The notes beneath the pieces were generated by a model. That model ran no database searches, was not told the origin of the DNA, and saw only the letters and a program-made list of their open reading frames with translations. A stretch of DNA of 43,694 nucleotides from Octopus bimaculoides (Eukaryota): contig NC_068984.1 of NCBI RefSeq assembly GCF_001194135.2, positions 123,402,934 to 123,446,627 on the forward strand. Reading direction: 5' to 3'. A program made the translations under genes and the position numbers. Positions 1 to 10,764 of the stretch are shown here, piece by piece. How positions within the stretch are numbered: the stretch's first letter is position 1; every line of letters begins with the position of its first letter.

Positions 1-385
1 AAGTTATAAGGGGGAAAAAAACAGACCGTGTGAACTTTGAGACAGTCCTCTCCCCAGCCTTCCGGAAAACATTTTCCCCACAAATTTCTTTATAATCATA
101 ACCTATGCTGTTTGAAAGGTGTTTCTGTAAAATTTCATGAAAAGATATCCACTTTCCCGAAAGTTATGAGGAGAAAAAACGGATCGTGTGAATTTTCCAA
201 CAGTCCTCTCCTCACCGCTTGGGAAAAAAAATTTCCGCAGAAATTCTTTATAATCGTAATTTGTGCCATTTGAACGGTATTTCTATAAAATTTCATCAAT
301 ATATATATATCCATTTTCCTGAAAGCTATGAGGGAAACATCGGTTCTTGTGAATTTTCCGAAACTCCTCTCCCCACCCCACCACA
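1..385. repeat. ~160-bp tandem repeat, about 2.4 diverged units (cut by the window edge)
   Basis: Unit starts recur at ~1 (aagttataagggg), ~161 (aagttatgaggag) and ~323 (aagctatgaggg). Each is followed by gtgaa(c/t)tt...tcctctcc, and the two full units contain aaatttcat. Confidence 0.85.
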
Positions 386-599
386 TTCGTTTGCACCAAT
401 TTTTTTCATATTCGCTTTCTACACAGTTGTTTTTTACACCCAGTAGGCTGTTTCTTTTTAATGTTTTAGTTAACGGGTCATAAACTTTATATTGACTTTT
501 TTTTTAGGTAAATGTCTACTTTTCAATACTTTCTGTTGCTATCTTTATACTAAAAGCTAACTGACGATGATCCACCGAACAGGTAGGGTACATGAAGAA

Positions 600-1390
600 T
601 GGATTCATTCATTTTATCCTTCTCAATATCAATTTGAGAAGGTTATAATAAACAATATTATGAATGATATTCGACAAATCTGACAGAATCTAAACAATTA
701 GCCGAAATGACCATCCCAGAATATAACAATATTCAACACACAATTTCACATCAGGAATCTTTCAAAACAAATACATAGACGTATTAGCCGAGAACTTCAG
801 AATAATATTGAAGTTTACTATTCATCGTTTATTACCAACCCTGTCTGGCACCGAATACCATCTTCTCTGTTGTTTTCGATTCTATTAACTGTGAATTTTG
901 CACAAAGATTTGAGTCGTTTCAATTGATTTGTACTCACTTTAAATTTCTTTGGATATTCGATAATTTATGTGTTGAAGAGCTGCTTTTGGCTACTGAAGA
1001 ATTTCAACAACAGTTTCACAAAGCTGTTCGAAAGACCTTAGAAAATAATGTTCTATTTCGTAAACGAATATATTCAGTAAACTTTACATTGGACCACAGG
1101 CAAAAGAAATTACTGCAGGAAATTTTGACTTTGGGATTGGTTGGAACATTTCCAAATACTGATTGCATTGAGAATTTTTAATACTTTCCCAGCATCTGTT
1201 GCTTCCGGGAAAACGAATTTCAATGTGTTGAAGCAGGGGAAAAAGTAATCATTCCTCAACTATGGGACAAGAATATCTGATTGAACTTACCATGCTGAAT
1301 ATTAATTGTGATACTACACACGAACACGACCTCACAAAATTAATCAAAGATTTTGCACCGCGAGAAGTTTGTAAAGCACTTGTAAAATGA
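600..1390 (+). mobile_element. Decayed hAT-superfamily transposase, C-terminal part with hATC dimerisation domain
   Basis: Frameshifted translation ...AQRFESFQLICTHFKFLW...GTFPNTD/ALRIFNTFPASVASGKTNFNVLKQ/HSSTMGQEYLIELTMLNINCD...LIKDFAPREVCKAL matches the hATC pattern (P-[VA]-S-x-A-S-x-E-R-S-F-S-x-L-K ... R-S-T-M-x-Q-E-R-L). Multiple stops and frameshifts. Confidence 0.85.
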
Positions 1391-1479
1391 TACAGTTCCC
1401 TTCTTATTTCAAAGGAATAGAGAATCTTACAAATTTTGAAAAGAAAAAAAAAAAAAAGAAAGAGATAAAGAGAAAAAAA

Positions 1480-1880
1480 TGGCTGTGTGGTAAGTGGCTT
1501 GCTTACCAACCACATGGTTACGGGTTCATTCCCACTGCGTGACACCTTGGGCAAGTGTCTTCTACTATAGCCACGGGCCAACAAAAGCCTTGTGAGTGGA
1601 TTTGGTAGACGGAAACTGAAAGAAGCCCGTCGTATATATGTATATATATATGTATGTTTGTGTATATGTTTTTGTGTCTGTGTTTGTACCCCCAGCATCG
1701 CTTGACAACCGATGATGGTGTGTTTACGTCCCCGTAACTTAACGGTTCGGCAAAAGAGACCGATAGAATAAGTACTAGGCTTCTAGAGATGAAGTCCTGG
1801 GATCGATTTGCTCGATTAAATGTGGTGCTCCAGCATGGCCGCAGTCAAGTGACTGAAACAAGTAAAAGAGTAAAAGAGTA
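1480..1880 (+). mobile_element. tRNA-derived SINE, family A (full length, internal microsatellite)
   Basis: Head ggctgtgtggtaag...gggttcattccc (A/B-box-like), CORE-like ccttgggcaagtgtctt, internal (TA/TG) tract, tail gactgaaacaagtaaaagagtaaaagag. A near-identical copy lies at 21676-22072. Confidence 0.9.
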
Positions 1881-2050
1881 ACTGAGCTACATTTCCTACA
1901 TATATTAATTTGGCAGAAATTATCAAAAACAATAATAATAATTAAACGATTAAATGGTGATTGTGAAAATTTTTCGCTTTCCATATTCGCTTCACCTTTG
2001 ACATTGAAAGTGGCCTATGCCTGAACTTGAATTCATCGACAGGACGGTTC

Positions 2051-2122
<72 letters not shown>

Positions 2123-2170
2123 TTGTTTGTCTGACTGTCTGCCTATGCGTGTATGTTTGTATATATATGT
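2051..2170. repeat. (TCTA)n microsatellite grading into TG/TA repeats
   Basis: Directly visible. Confidence 0.95.
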
Positions 2171-2514
2171 ATGCATGCATGTATGTATGTGCGTGCACGC
2201 GCGTGTTTTTCCGGAAATACTTTTCAAATTTCTCTCTAATGAAAAAGGAGCCGGTTTTTAACATAGAAACAAGGCTTCATCATTGGAATTTCGATAAGAT
2301 CAACAAAGTAGTCTTGTATGTATAAATATATGCACATGTGTATGCAAACATGTATGTATGTATTATACACGAATGTGTAAGCACATGACTGTGCACAATA
2401 ACATATGGGAACAGGCATGGATGTTATTGTGTATATGGGTCTGATTACATGTAACTATGTATGTATTGGTGTCCAGTATTTACGAACAGGAGCCACGGCG
2501 TTAACGCTTGACGT

Positions 2515-2880
2515 CTGCAAGAAGACGAAGACGAAGAAGACGAAGAAGAAGAAGGAGAAGAGGAGGAAAAAGAAGAGGAGAAGAAACAAATGGAGGAGGC
2601 GGAGAAGAAGCAGAAACAGGAGGAGGAGGAGAAGAAGAAGAAGAAAAAGAAGCAAAAGAAGAAAAGGAAGAAGGAGAAGGAGAAGAAAAAGAACATGAAG
2701 AAAGAGGAGGAGAAGGAAGAGGAGGAGAAAAAGCAGAAATAGAAGAAAAAGAAAAAGATGAAGAAGGAAGAGTAGGAGGAGGTGAAGAAGAAAAAAAAGA
2801 AGAAACAGGGGAAGAAGAAGAAACAGAAGAAGAAGAAGAAGAAGAAGAAGAAGAACAACAACAACAACAACAACAACAGC
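2515..2880. repeat. Purine-rich (GAA/GGA/GAC)n low-complexity tract ending in (CAA)n
   Basis: Directly visible; it accounts for the poly-E, poly-R and poly-F ORFs. Confidence 0.95.
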
Positions 2881-3375
2881 ATTCTAAGCACCATTGATAT
2901 CAACAACGACTTCGTTTCGACTCCATTCCCTGCTACCCACTTCTGATACGAAATACGCATCACTCAATCAACGCAAAATGCTGTGTAGCCAGGTATCATT
3001 CTCCAATCCCGCGACAATCCTGTGTAGTATACCACAACACATCTAAGATATACAATTTCCCCGGAAGAATTACCACCAGAATCTGTTTATTTCTGTTTGC
3101 GTTCACCTACTCATTTTAACAAGTACTTACAAGACTTTCCCTTTCTACTTGTACTCAAAACATTCAAACCGTCTAATACAGAGAGTAAATAACACCTCTC
3201 GGTTCCCTAGAGACAACCTCGTAACTTCTCCAGCACTACTTAAACCACCTAGAAATCTGACTCCCAATCAACAGACAACATCACCTGCCAAATCACCAGC
3301 TTTCTTCTTACAAACAACATTAATTACAACCAATTATCACACTCAACAATATATAAATACCACATAGACTAACTA

Positions 3376-3890
<515 letters not shown>

Positions 3891-3959
3891 ACTCCCACAC
3901 ACCCACACCCACACCCACACCCACACCCACAAATGTGTGTAAGTTTGTTCCTCCCACCC

Positions 3960-4143
3960 CCGCATGGCATCTGGTGTTGGGCTGTTTGTGATTCCATAAC
4001 TGAGCGGCTCGACAAACAGAGACTGATAGTATAAGTAGCAGACTTTAAAAAATAAAGAAGTACTGAGGCTGATTTGTTCGACTAAACCATTCAACGTATG
4101 CTCCAATATGGCCGCTCCCCAATGAATGAAACAAGTAAAAGGT
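3960..4143 (+). mobile_element. SINE family A, diverged 3' half
   Basis: gatttgttcgactaaa...gctccaatatggccgc...gaaacaagtaaaagg matches the family A tail. Confidence 0.75.
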
Positions 4144-4164
4144 AACGGTGGTACCTTTACATTC

Positions 4165-4640
4165 ACAATAGAACCAGAAGACTTAATACAGAAAGCAAAA
4201 CAGCGCGTAAATAAAATTAGAAGATTCAGAAGTACCGTATTTAACCAACATAAAGTAACAGCAGCTTTAAATTATGAGTAACTCATTCGACCTATCATGG
4301 ATTATGCTAGTGCTGCATGGTTCACATATCTATCCACAACAAATCATAACACACTACAGGGTGTCCACAAGGTCTGGGTACATGGGGATTAACACATACT
4401 TTAAGAAATCATTATTTCTTATATTTAGTTGTTTATGTTATGATTTTATTTACTCCATGTACCTAGACCTTGTGGACACACTGTAGAAAGAACTCGAAAC
4501 GGTGCTCTTTGTGTTATCACACGCTCAATACAAACCGCATTTATATAGAGCGCATGCATAACGAAAATACTTAGAATGAACATGCCTGAGCCATTGCATG
4601 TACGTTCACATCATAACACTCAGTCCATTGACAAAACCCC
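4165..4640 (+). mobile_element. Decayed LINE reverse-transcriptase C-terminal region (Jockey/I/CR1-like), interrupted by a MITE
   Basis: QKAKQRVNKIRRFRS...NYE*LIRPIMDYASAAWFTYLSTTNHNTL[MITE]ERTRNGALCVITR resembles the LINE motif Y-x-x-L-I-R-P-x-L-D-Y-A-S-x-x-W...L-E-R-x-Q-N-x-A-L-R. Confidence 0.75.
4357..4483. mobile_element. 127-bp Tc1/mariner-type MITE with 29-bp TIRs and TA target duplication
   Basis: Left TIR cagggtgtccacaaggtctgggtacatgg; right TIR reverse complement cagtgtgtccacaaggtctaggtacatgg (27/29 identical). TA at 4355-4356 and 4484-4485. Confidence 0.92.
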
Positions 4641-4941
4641 ATAACACCGCTACGACACTATCTTTTCCATTTAGCCCAGACAAAATTCATAAAACATACA
4701 ATAGATAGTAGCATCAGCGACATAACAGTAGTGTTAGCAATAGCATCACCAACAATATCTTCAATGTTTTCTAATACTGAGCGAGACTCACATTACTAAA
4801 TAATAACGTAGCAGCTCTCATGTTCAGACTGATTCCATTTTGCCCGTCTCGTCTGTGGCTACCACTAGAATCTACAGGCATATAGAAATGAGAGGCATAC
4901 AGAAATGGGGTGGAAAGTAGAAGAGTACGTGACATTTTGGA

Positions 4942-5044
4942 GTCGCCTATGTGGCGTCGCCTATGTAGCGTCGCCTATGTGGCGTCGCCTATGTGGCGTC
5001 GCCTATGTGGCGTCGCCTATGTGGCGTCGCCTATGTGACGTCGC
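4942..5044. repeat. 14-bp CpG-rich minisatellite (gtcgcctatgtggc), about 7.4 copies
   Basis: Seven nearly perfect units are directly visible. Confidence 0.97.
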
Positions 5045-5334
5045 TGATTCGACATTGACTTATTTGATATCGGACGTTTTTCATGTTCTCTCGTTTTCTC
5101 TCGCTCTCTGTTTCAGTGTGTGATTATTTAGCTATTTGTATGAGTAGTGTTCCTCTCTATCTGACGAAATGGATCTTCTTTCCTTTCGTCCACGAGTATT
5201 CAAGTGAACTAGATCTCCTATTCATTGGTTGAGTATTCCGCAGACACATGTTCTCTAACTCAATTCTCAAGTATTATCTGCGTTACACTCTGTGTGTCAA
5301 AGCTGGTCCTTTGAATTACATGCGCAGACCACCC

Positions 5335-5500
5335 GATGGGGCTCTACACAGTGTCTGTTTATTTAATTTCACTCACAGTGACTTGGATTAACCTGAGGCA
5401 ATACCAAAAGACATTTTACTAAAGACGCTCTAAATTAGGATCTAACCCAGAGCCTCATGATTGTGCAGCGAACTTCTTAACTACTCGGCAATGCCTGCTT
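5335..5500 (-). mobile_element. Old SINE family A-like 5' half
   Basis: Reverse complement gcaggcattgccgagtagttaagaagttcgct...ctgggttagatcc...gtgagtgaaatt aligns loosely to the family A head. Confidence 0.55.
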
Positions 5501-6270
5501 CCCACCCTTATCCCCACGCACACACACACACACACGCGCGCACACATACGCACATACGCAGTTATAAATGTATGCACATGCACACATTCATACACGTGAG
5601 TTACAAAGGAAACGACACATCGGAATAGTGGTGCCTTAGATATGTTGTAAATAAGATGGCGTGGTCAAGGTTGGAGCGTATTTGATCATTGGCCTGATCG
5701 ATCAGACATGACTTAGGGTTAAACAACAACGTGGGAGGTAATTGGAAGAAGTATTAAAGAGATTGTATTTGTGCTTGTTTAAGAATTAAAAAAATGGAAG
5801 AACAGGAAAATAGATATAATATAAAAAAAAAGACAGATAGATAGATAAATATATAGAGAAAGAGAGAGGGAGGGAGAGAAAGATGGGGAGATGGAGAGGG
5901 AAAGAGAGATTATAGAACGATTATGGGGAAGTGAGTGAGAAAGGGCGTGGAGGGTACTGAAAAATAAGTCGTGGGGGAAGCAAATACATAGAAAAACATT
6001 CGTGCGCACGAATATACATGAAGGGAAGACAGAAAGAAGAAGAAAAAAAGCAAGGAGAAAGTCTAAGCAATAACACATCAGAACAAAAATAGAAAAAAGA
6101 CGATAAATAGTAAAAGGAAGATAAATAGGAAAAAAAATGAAAAATATTATGTATAAGGTTTTAATTTTGATCTCATATTCAATATGGCGTGCAATGTTTC
6201 CCCGAATATTTATGTAACAAATGGATATTTTGTATTTTCTCTAATTTATTATTTTATTTGTTATTATTTC

Positions 6271-6352
6271 GTTAAACCAATCAGCTCACTAGAAATCGCT
6301 TTACAGCTATGACGTCACAGTTGCGACCGTCATCCGCTTGTCGCCATTGTTC
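6271..6352 (+). promoter_or_regulatory. Candidate promoter: CCAAT box, CRE and YY1-like motif
   Basis: AACCAATCAG (CCAAT at 6277-6281), TGACGTCA at 6310-6317 and CGCCATTGTT at 6342-6351, in locally CpG-rich non-repetitive sequence. No downstream gene identified. Confidence 0.4.
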
Positions 6353-6674
6353 TAACAATATATGTACAGCAAAAGGACTTTCATACAATCACTCTTCTTC
6401 GATTTCTTTTCCGCAGAAATTCAATGAAGACATCCGTTATTGTTAGAATCAGGAAGAATTGGCTCTTTTCATTCAATTTCTCCTGCAGATAGTTTTGAAA
6501 ATCTTTTCAATCCAAAACAGAATGCGTTCGGGTTTTCGATTTCATCTGAACAAAATAGCCATTCACTGTTTTGAAGGCGAAGCCAACCGAACATTGGGTT
6601 TTACTTACTTGACATTTGTTTGAAACAAACATTTCATATCCGTAACACTATTTATTCATTTTTCCACCTGTTCG

Positions 6675-6676
<2 letters not shown>

Positions 6677-6735
<59 letters not shown>

Positions 6736-6987
6736 GTCTGTCTGTCTANNNNNNNNNNNNNNNNNNNNNNNNNNNNNNNNNNNNNNNNNNNNNNNNNNNN
6801 NNNNNNNNNNNNNNNNNNNNNNNNNNNNNNNNNNNNNNNNNNNNNNNNNNNNNNNNNNNNNNNNNNNNNNNNNNNNNNNNNNNNNNNNNNNNNNNNNNNN
6901 NNNNNNNNNNNNNNNNNNNNNNNNCTGCCTGCCTGTGTGTCTGCCTGCCTGCCTGCCTGCCTGTCTGCCTGCCTGTTTGTTTGTTTA

Positions 6988-7043
<56 letters not shown>

Positions 7044-7122
7044 TCTAGCTATCTATCTAGCCTCTTTCTCTCTCCATCCATCCATCCATCTATCCATGTA
7101 TGTTTGTATGTATGTATGTATG

Positions 7123-7171
<49 letters not shown>

Positions 7172-7600
7172 TATTCATCTGTTTATCGATCGATCCAGCA
7201 ATCCACTTATCCATCAAAATATCCAATCACTCAACCAAACATATAACTATCTACGTATCCACTCATCCGTGAACAATAATACGCGATTTATAACTAAGTA
7301 ATTCAATGTGAATTTATAAATAAAGAGAGAGAGAGAGGAAGAGAAAGAGAGAAAGAGGAAGAAAGAGAAAGAGAGAGAGAGAGAGAGAGGAAGAGAAAGA
7401 GAGAAAGAGGAAGAAAGAGAAAGAGAGAGAGAGNNNNNNNNNNAGAAAGAGAGAAAGAGGAAGAAAGAGAAAGAGAGAGAGAGAAGCTGAAAGAAAGAAT
7501 GATATATATATACATACATACGTACATACATATATATAGATATATGCATGTACATATAGAGGAAGAGAGAGAGAGAGAGAGAAAAAGATAAAGAAGAGAA
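6677..7600. repeat. Compound microsatellite block (TCTA, TCTG, GCCT, TC, GA) with two N gaps
   Basis: Directly visible. Confidence 0.95.
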
Positions 7601-7654
7601 AGCTATAGATAGATGAATTTTAAGTGATGTAAAGATGGTGTGAAGAGCTTCAGC

Positions 7655-7840
7655 GTTGTATCTTTTATCTTTTGCTTGTTCCAGTCATTGAACTGCGGCC
7701 ATGCTGGGCCACCGCCTTGAAGGTGTGAGTCGAACAAATCGACCACCTTAATTATTGTAAAACCTGGTATTTATTCAATCGGTCTGTTTTTGCTGAACGG
7801 TTGTCAAGTGCTAGCAGGAGACAGGTACAAACACAAATGT

Positions 7841-7883
<43 letters not shown>

Positions 7884-8435
7884 NNNNNNNNNNNNNNNNN
7901 NNNNNNNNNNNNNNNNNNNNNNNNNNNNNNNNNNNNNNNNNNNNNNNNNNNNNNNNNNNNNNNNNNNNNNNNNNNNNNNNNNNNNNNNNNNNNNNNNNNN
8001 NNNNNNNNNNNNNNNNNNNNNNNNNNNNNNNNNNNNNNNNNNNNNNNNNNNNNNNNNNNNNNNNGTTCTGAGTTCAAATTCCGCCGAGGTCGACTTTGCC
8101 TTTCATCCTTTCGGGGTCGATTAAATAAGTACCAGTTACGCACTGGGGTCGATATAATCGACTTAATCCGTTTGTCTGTCCTTGTTTGTCCCCTCTGTGT
8201 GTAGCCCCTTGTGGGTAGTAAAGAAATGACACACACACTCACACACGCACACACACACACACACGTACGACGTGCTTCTTTCAGTTTCCGCCTACCAAAT
8301 ACACTCACAAGGTTTTAATCGGCCCGAGGCCTATAGTAGAAGTTAACTTGCCCAAAGTGCCACGCAGTGGAACTGAACCAGGAATCATGTATGTGATTGG
8401 GAAGCAAACTTCTTACCTCACAGCCCCGCCAACGC
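7655..8435 (-). mobile_element. SINE family A split at its central (CA)n tract
   Basis: The 3' half lies at ~7655-7850 and the 5' half at ~8262-8435, both in reverse orientation. A gap and a family B copy lie between them. Confidence 0.8.
8066..8228 (+). mobile_element. SINE family B, young-looking, 5' end lost in the gap
   Basis: gttctgagttcaaattccgccgaggtcgactttgcctttcatcctttcggggtcgat...ttgtgggtagtaaagaaat. Confidence 0.9.
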
Positions 8436-8449
8436 ATATGAAGAAATTT

Positions 8450-9085
8450 AAAGAAGGACAGACCAACATTGAAGTCAAACCATGCAGTGGGACACGACTG
8501 TAATAGAACTTCGCTTAAATCGTAACACAGGTACCCTTAACTCGTGTTACTGCTACTCCTTACTTCGTTTCGCATCACTCAAATTTGTACTACAACTAGT
8601 TTTCTATTTGTCATGGGCAATCTGCGACTAGTGTCAGTTCCGTGCCATACCCCAGGAAAGGATCAGAAGTGGTTGTGGGAGAATTTGTACGACTTCACCA
8701 GTCCCTATTTTCTGGCTTCTTAATTCGTTTGATTGTAGTCCCATGGATTACTATGCATGGAGCGAGATTGAGAAAGACACTAACCGCTCTGTCTGCAGCA
8801 CTAAGGCTGAGCTGGTGACCAAGATTAAGGAAATATTCGTAGGAAGACAGTGAAGAACGTATGCGCCAGGGTCCAGAGTCGACTTGAGGCCGTGGTAGAA
8901 GCTTATGGCGGCTACTTTGAGTAAACTCTTATCTCCCAGACATAAAATTGTTGATATATTTTGATTTCTTTAAAATAGGGTTACGAAGGAGAAATAACGC
9001 TATTGATCACCTGCACGTTTTTCTTTGTATTGTACGGCTTTGCTGTAAGGTGGACGATTTGAAATGGTAAAGGTGCGCACAGTAT
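8450..9085 (+). mobile_element. Internally deleted maT/Tc1-type (DD37D-like) transposon
   Basis: CHTPGKDQKWLWENLYDFTSP...SFDCSPMDYYAWSEIEKDTNRSVCSTKAELVTKIKEIF...RVQSRLEAVVEAYGGYFE* (stop at 8922-8924) carries a decayed SPDxNPxDY motif. Homologous to 20495-21321. Confidence 0.85.
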
Positions 9086-9250
9086 AAGTTGGTGACGTAA
9101 AGAACACGAAGTGTGAAGATGGCGGCGTAAAAGAACGCGGAGTGTGAAGATGGCAGCGAAAACAAACAGTAAAAAGACAGCAAGTGTGAAGTTGGCTACG
9201 GAAAGAGTGTGTGTGAATTTGGCAACGAAAACAGTCGGTGTAAAGATTCG
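9081..9250. repeat. Degenerate ~30-bp tandem array built on agtgtgaagatggc
   Basis: Motif recurs at ~9081, 9110, 9141, 9183, 9210 and 9237. Confidence 0.7.
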
Positions 9251-9329
9251 ATGTGACCAGTCGAAATAAATCCGGGCGACAAAGAACCACGTTACACAAG
9301 AGATTCAACCAAGTACAACAACTTCTTCC

Positions 9330-9493
9330 ACTCTAAGCAAGTTGGCTTACTGGGCTGGCCTGCTGTTTCCTAACTGCTGACTTGACGATTGGAGACGTGT
9401 TGGTGTTAGAAGGCCGCATTTTGCAACAATACTTTTGTTTTTGGTTGGGATATTTCCTTTTATGCAAGCAGTAACATTTTGCCTGAACACCCT
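9330..9493. mobile_element. Probable Tc1/mariner-type terminal fragment
   Basis: Ends in ...acattttgcctgaacaccctg|TA, the same CAGGGTG-type terminus as the MITE at 4357. Confidence 0.45.
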
Positions 9494-9507
9494 GTATATA
9501 TATATAT

Positions 9508-9748
9508 AATTGTGTTTGGGGAGAGTCATTCTGTTTTAATGTCTTATTAATTTACACATTCACTAGTTCAGTTTCCACTCATTTTTTTCTAAAATTTTCG
9601 TTGCTTCTTGCAACCTCTTCAATAGTCGTTGACTCTGTCCATTATCGGAGCTCCGTTCTTTTTGTTTGTTTCTTGGTCTGTGTGCGTGTGTGCGCGTCAG
9701 TGTGCATGTGTATACACATATGTATGTATGTATGCGTGCGTTTCTGTA

Positions 9749-9786
<38 letters not shown>

Positions 9787-9866
9787 TAGAAAAAAATGAG
9801 TGGAAACTGAACTAGTGAATGTGTAAATTAATAAGACATTAAAACAGAATGACTCTCCCCAAACAC

Positions 9867-9922
<56 letters not shown>

Positions 9923-9984
9923 ATGTGTGTACGTTTGTATATGAATACATGCACACGCACATACATACATGCATGCATGCATGC

Positions 9985-10022
<38 letters not shown>

Positions 10023-10255
10023 GCGTATACACATGCACACTGACGCACATACATGTGCACAAACAAACAAAAAGAAAGCAACTCGGATAATGGACAGAGT
10101 TAACGACTATTGAAGCGTTTACAAGAAGCAACAAAAATTTTTTTTAAATTAGAAAAAATTTAAGAAAAAAATAAATCAGCAAATGAGTGGAAATTGAACC
10201 GGTGAGTGTGTTAATTAATAAGGCAATAAAACAGAATGACTTTCCCTAGACACAA
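9508..10255. repeat. Local inverted duplication complex
   Basis: 9508-9591 and 9787-9870 are perfect 84-bp reverse complements. 10020-10255 is a diverged inverted copy of ~9510-9730. Confidence 0.9.
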
Positions 10256-10313
10256 TAAAATATGCTTCAACACACGAATTCACATTAAGAAACTTGCAAA
10301 CCAACTGCAAAAA

Positions 10314-10346
<33 letters not shown>

Positions 10347-10534
10347 NNNNNNNNNNNNNNNNNNNNNNNNNNNNNNNNNNNNNNNNNNNNNNNNNNNNNN
10401 NNNNNNNNNNNNNNNNNNNNNNNNNNNNNNNNNNNNNNNNNNNNNNNNNNNNNNNNNNNNNNNNNNNNNNNNNNNNNNNNNNNNNNNNNNNNNNNNNNNN
10501 NNNNNNNNNNNNNNNNNNNNNAAAAAAAAAACAG

Positions 10535-10690
10535 AAGACGAAGACAGGTGGTGTAGACAACAAACAGATGTGTTAGTTTATCGCTCGGGAAGTGAAAAAG
10601 TCTTTAATGTTTTCAAGCCTACGCTCTTCTACAGAAAGGAACACAGAATGAAACAAGGAGAGAAAATAAAGAGAAAAAAATCTATATAAA
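10535..10690 (-). mobile_element. Possible Penelope-like element terminal repeat relic with decayed hammerhead-like motif
   Basis: Minus strand 10638-10602 reads CTTT-CTGTAGA-A-GAGC-gtag-GCTT-GAAA-ACATT-AAAG, a near-match to a minimal type I hammerhead. The family assignment is inference. Confidence 0.45.
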
Positions 10691-10764
10691 CATATACCTA
10701 GGTAGAAAGGCAGATAGACACAGATATGCTTAATGCTTATAATTGTATGGAATGCAAATTACAG

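Noticed and set aside
2405-2963. Poly-R/K, poly-E and poly-F ORFs that look like acidic or basic proteins
   Set aside because: They are read-throughs of a (GAA/GGA)n tract, open in several frames on both strands, with no unique coding context.
4942-5044. CRISPR-like array (also considered for 28768-29247)
   Set aside because: Units are contiguous with no unique spacers, there are no cas genes, and the context is eukaryotic.
7321-7490. Direct duplication of a GA-rich block
   Set aside because: The copies flank a 10-N gap, typical of unmerged contig overlap.
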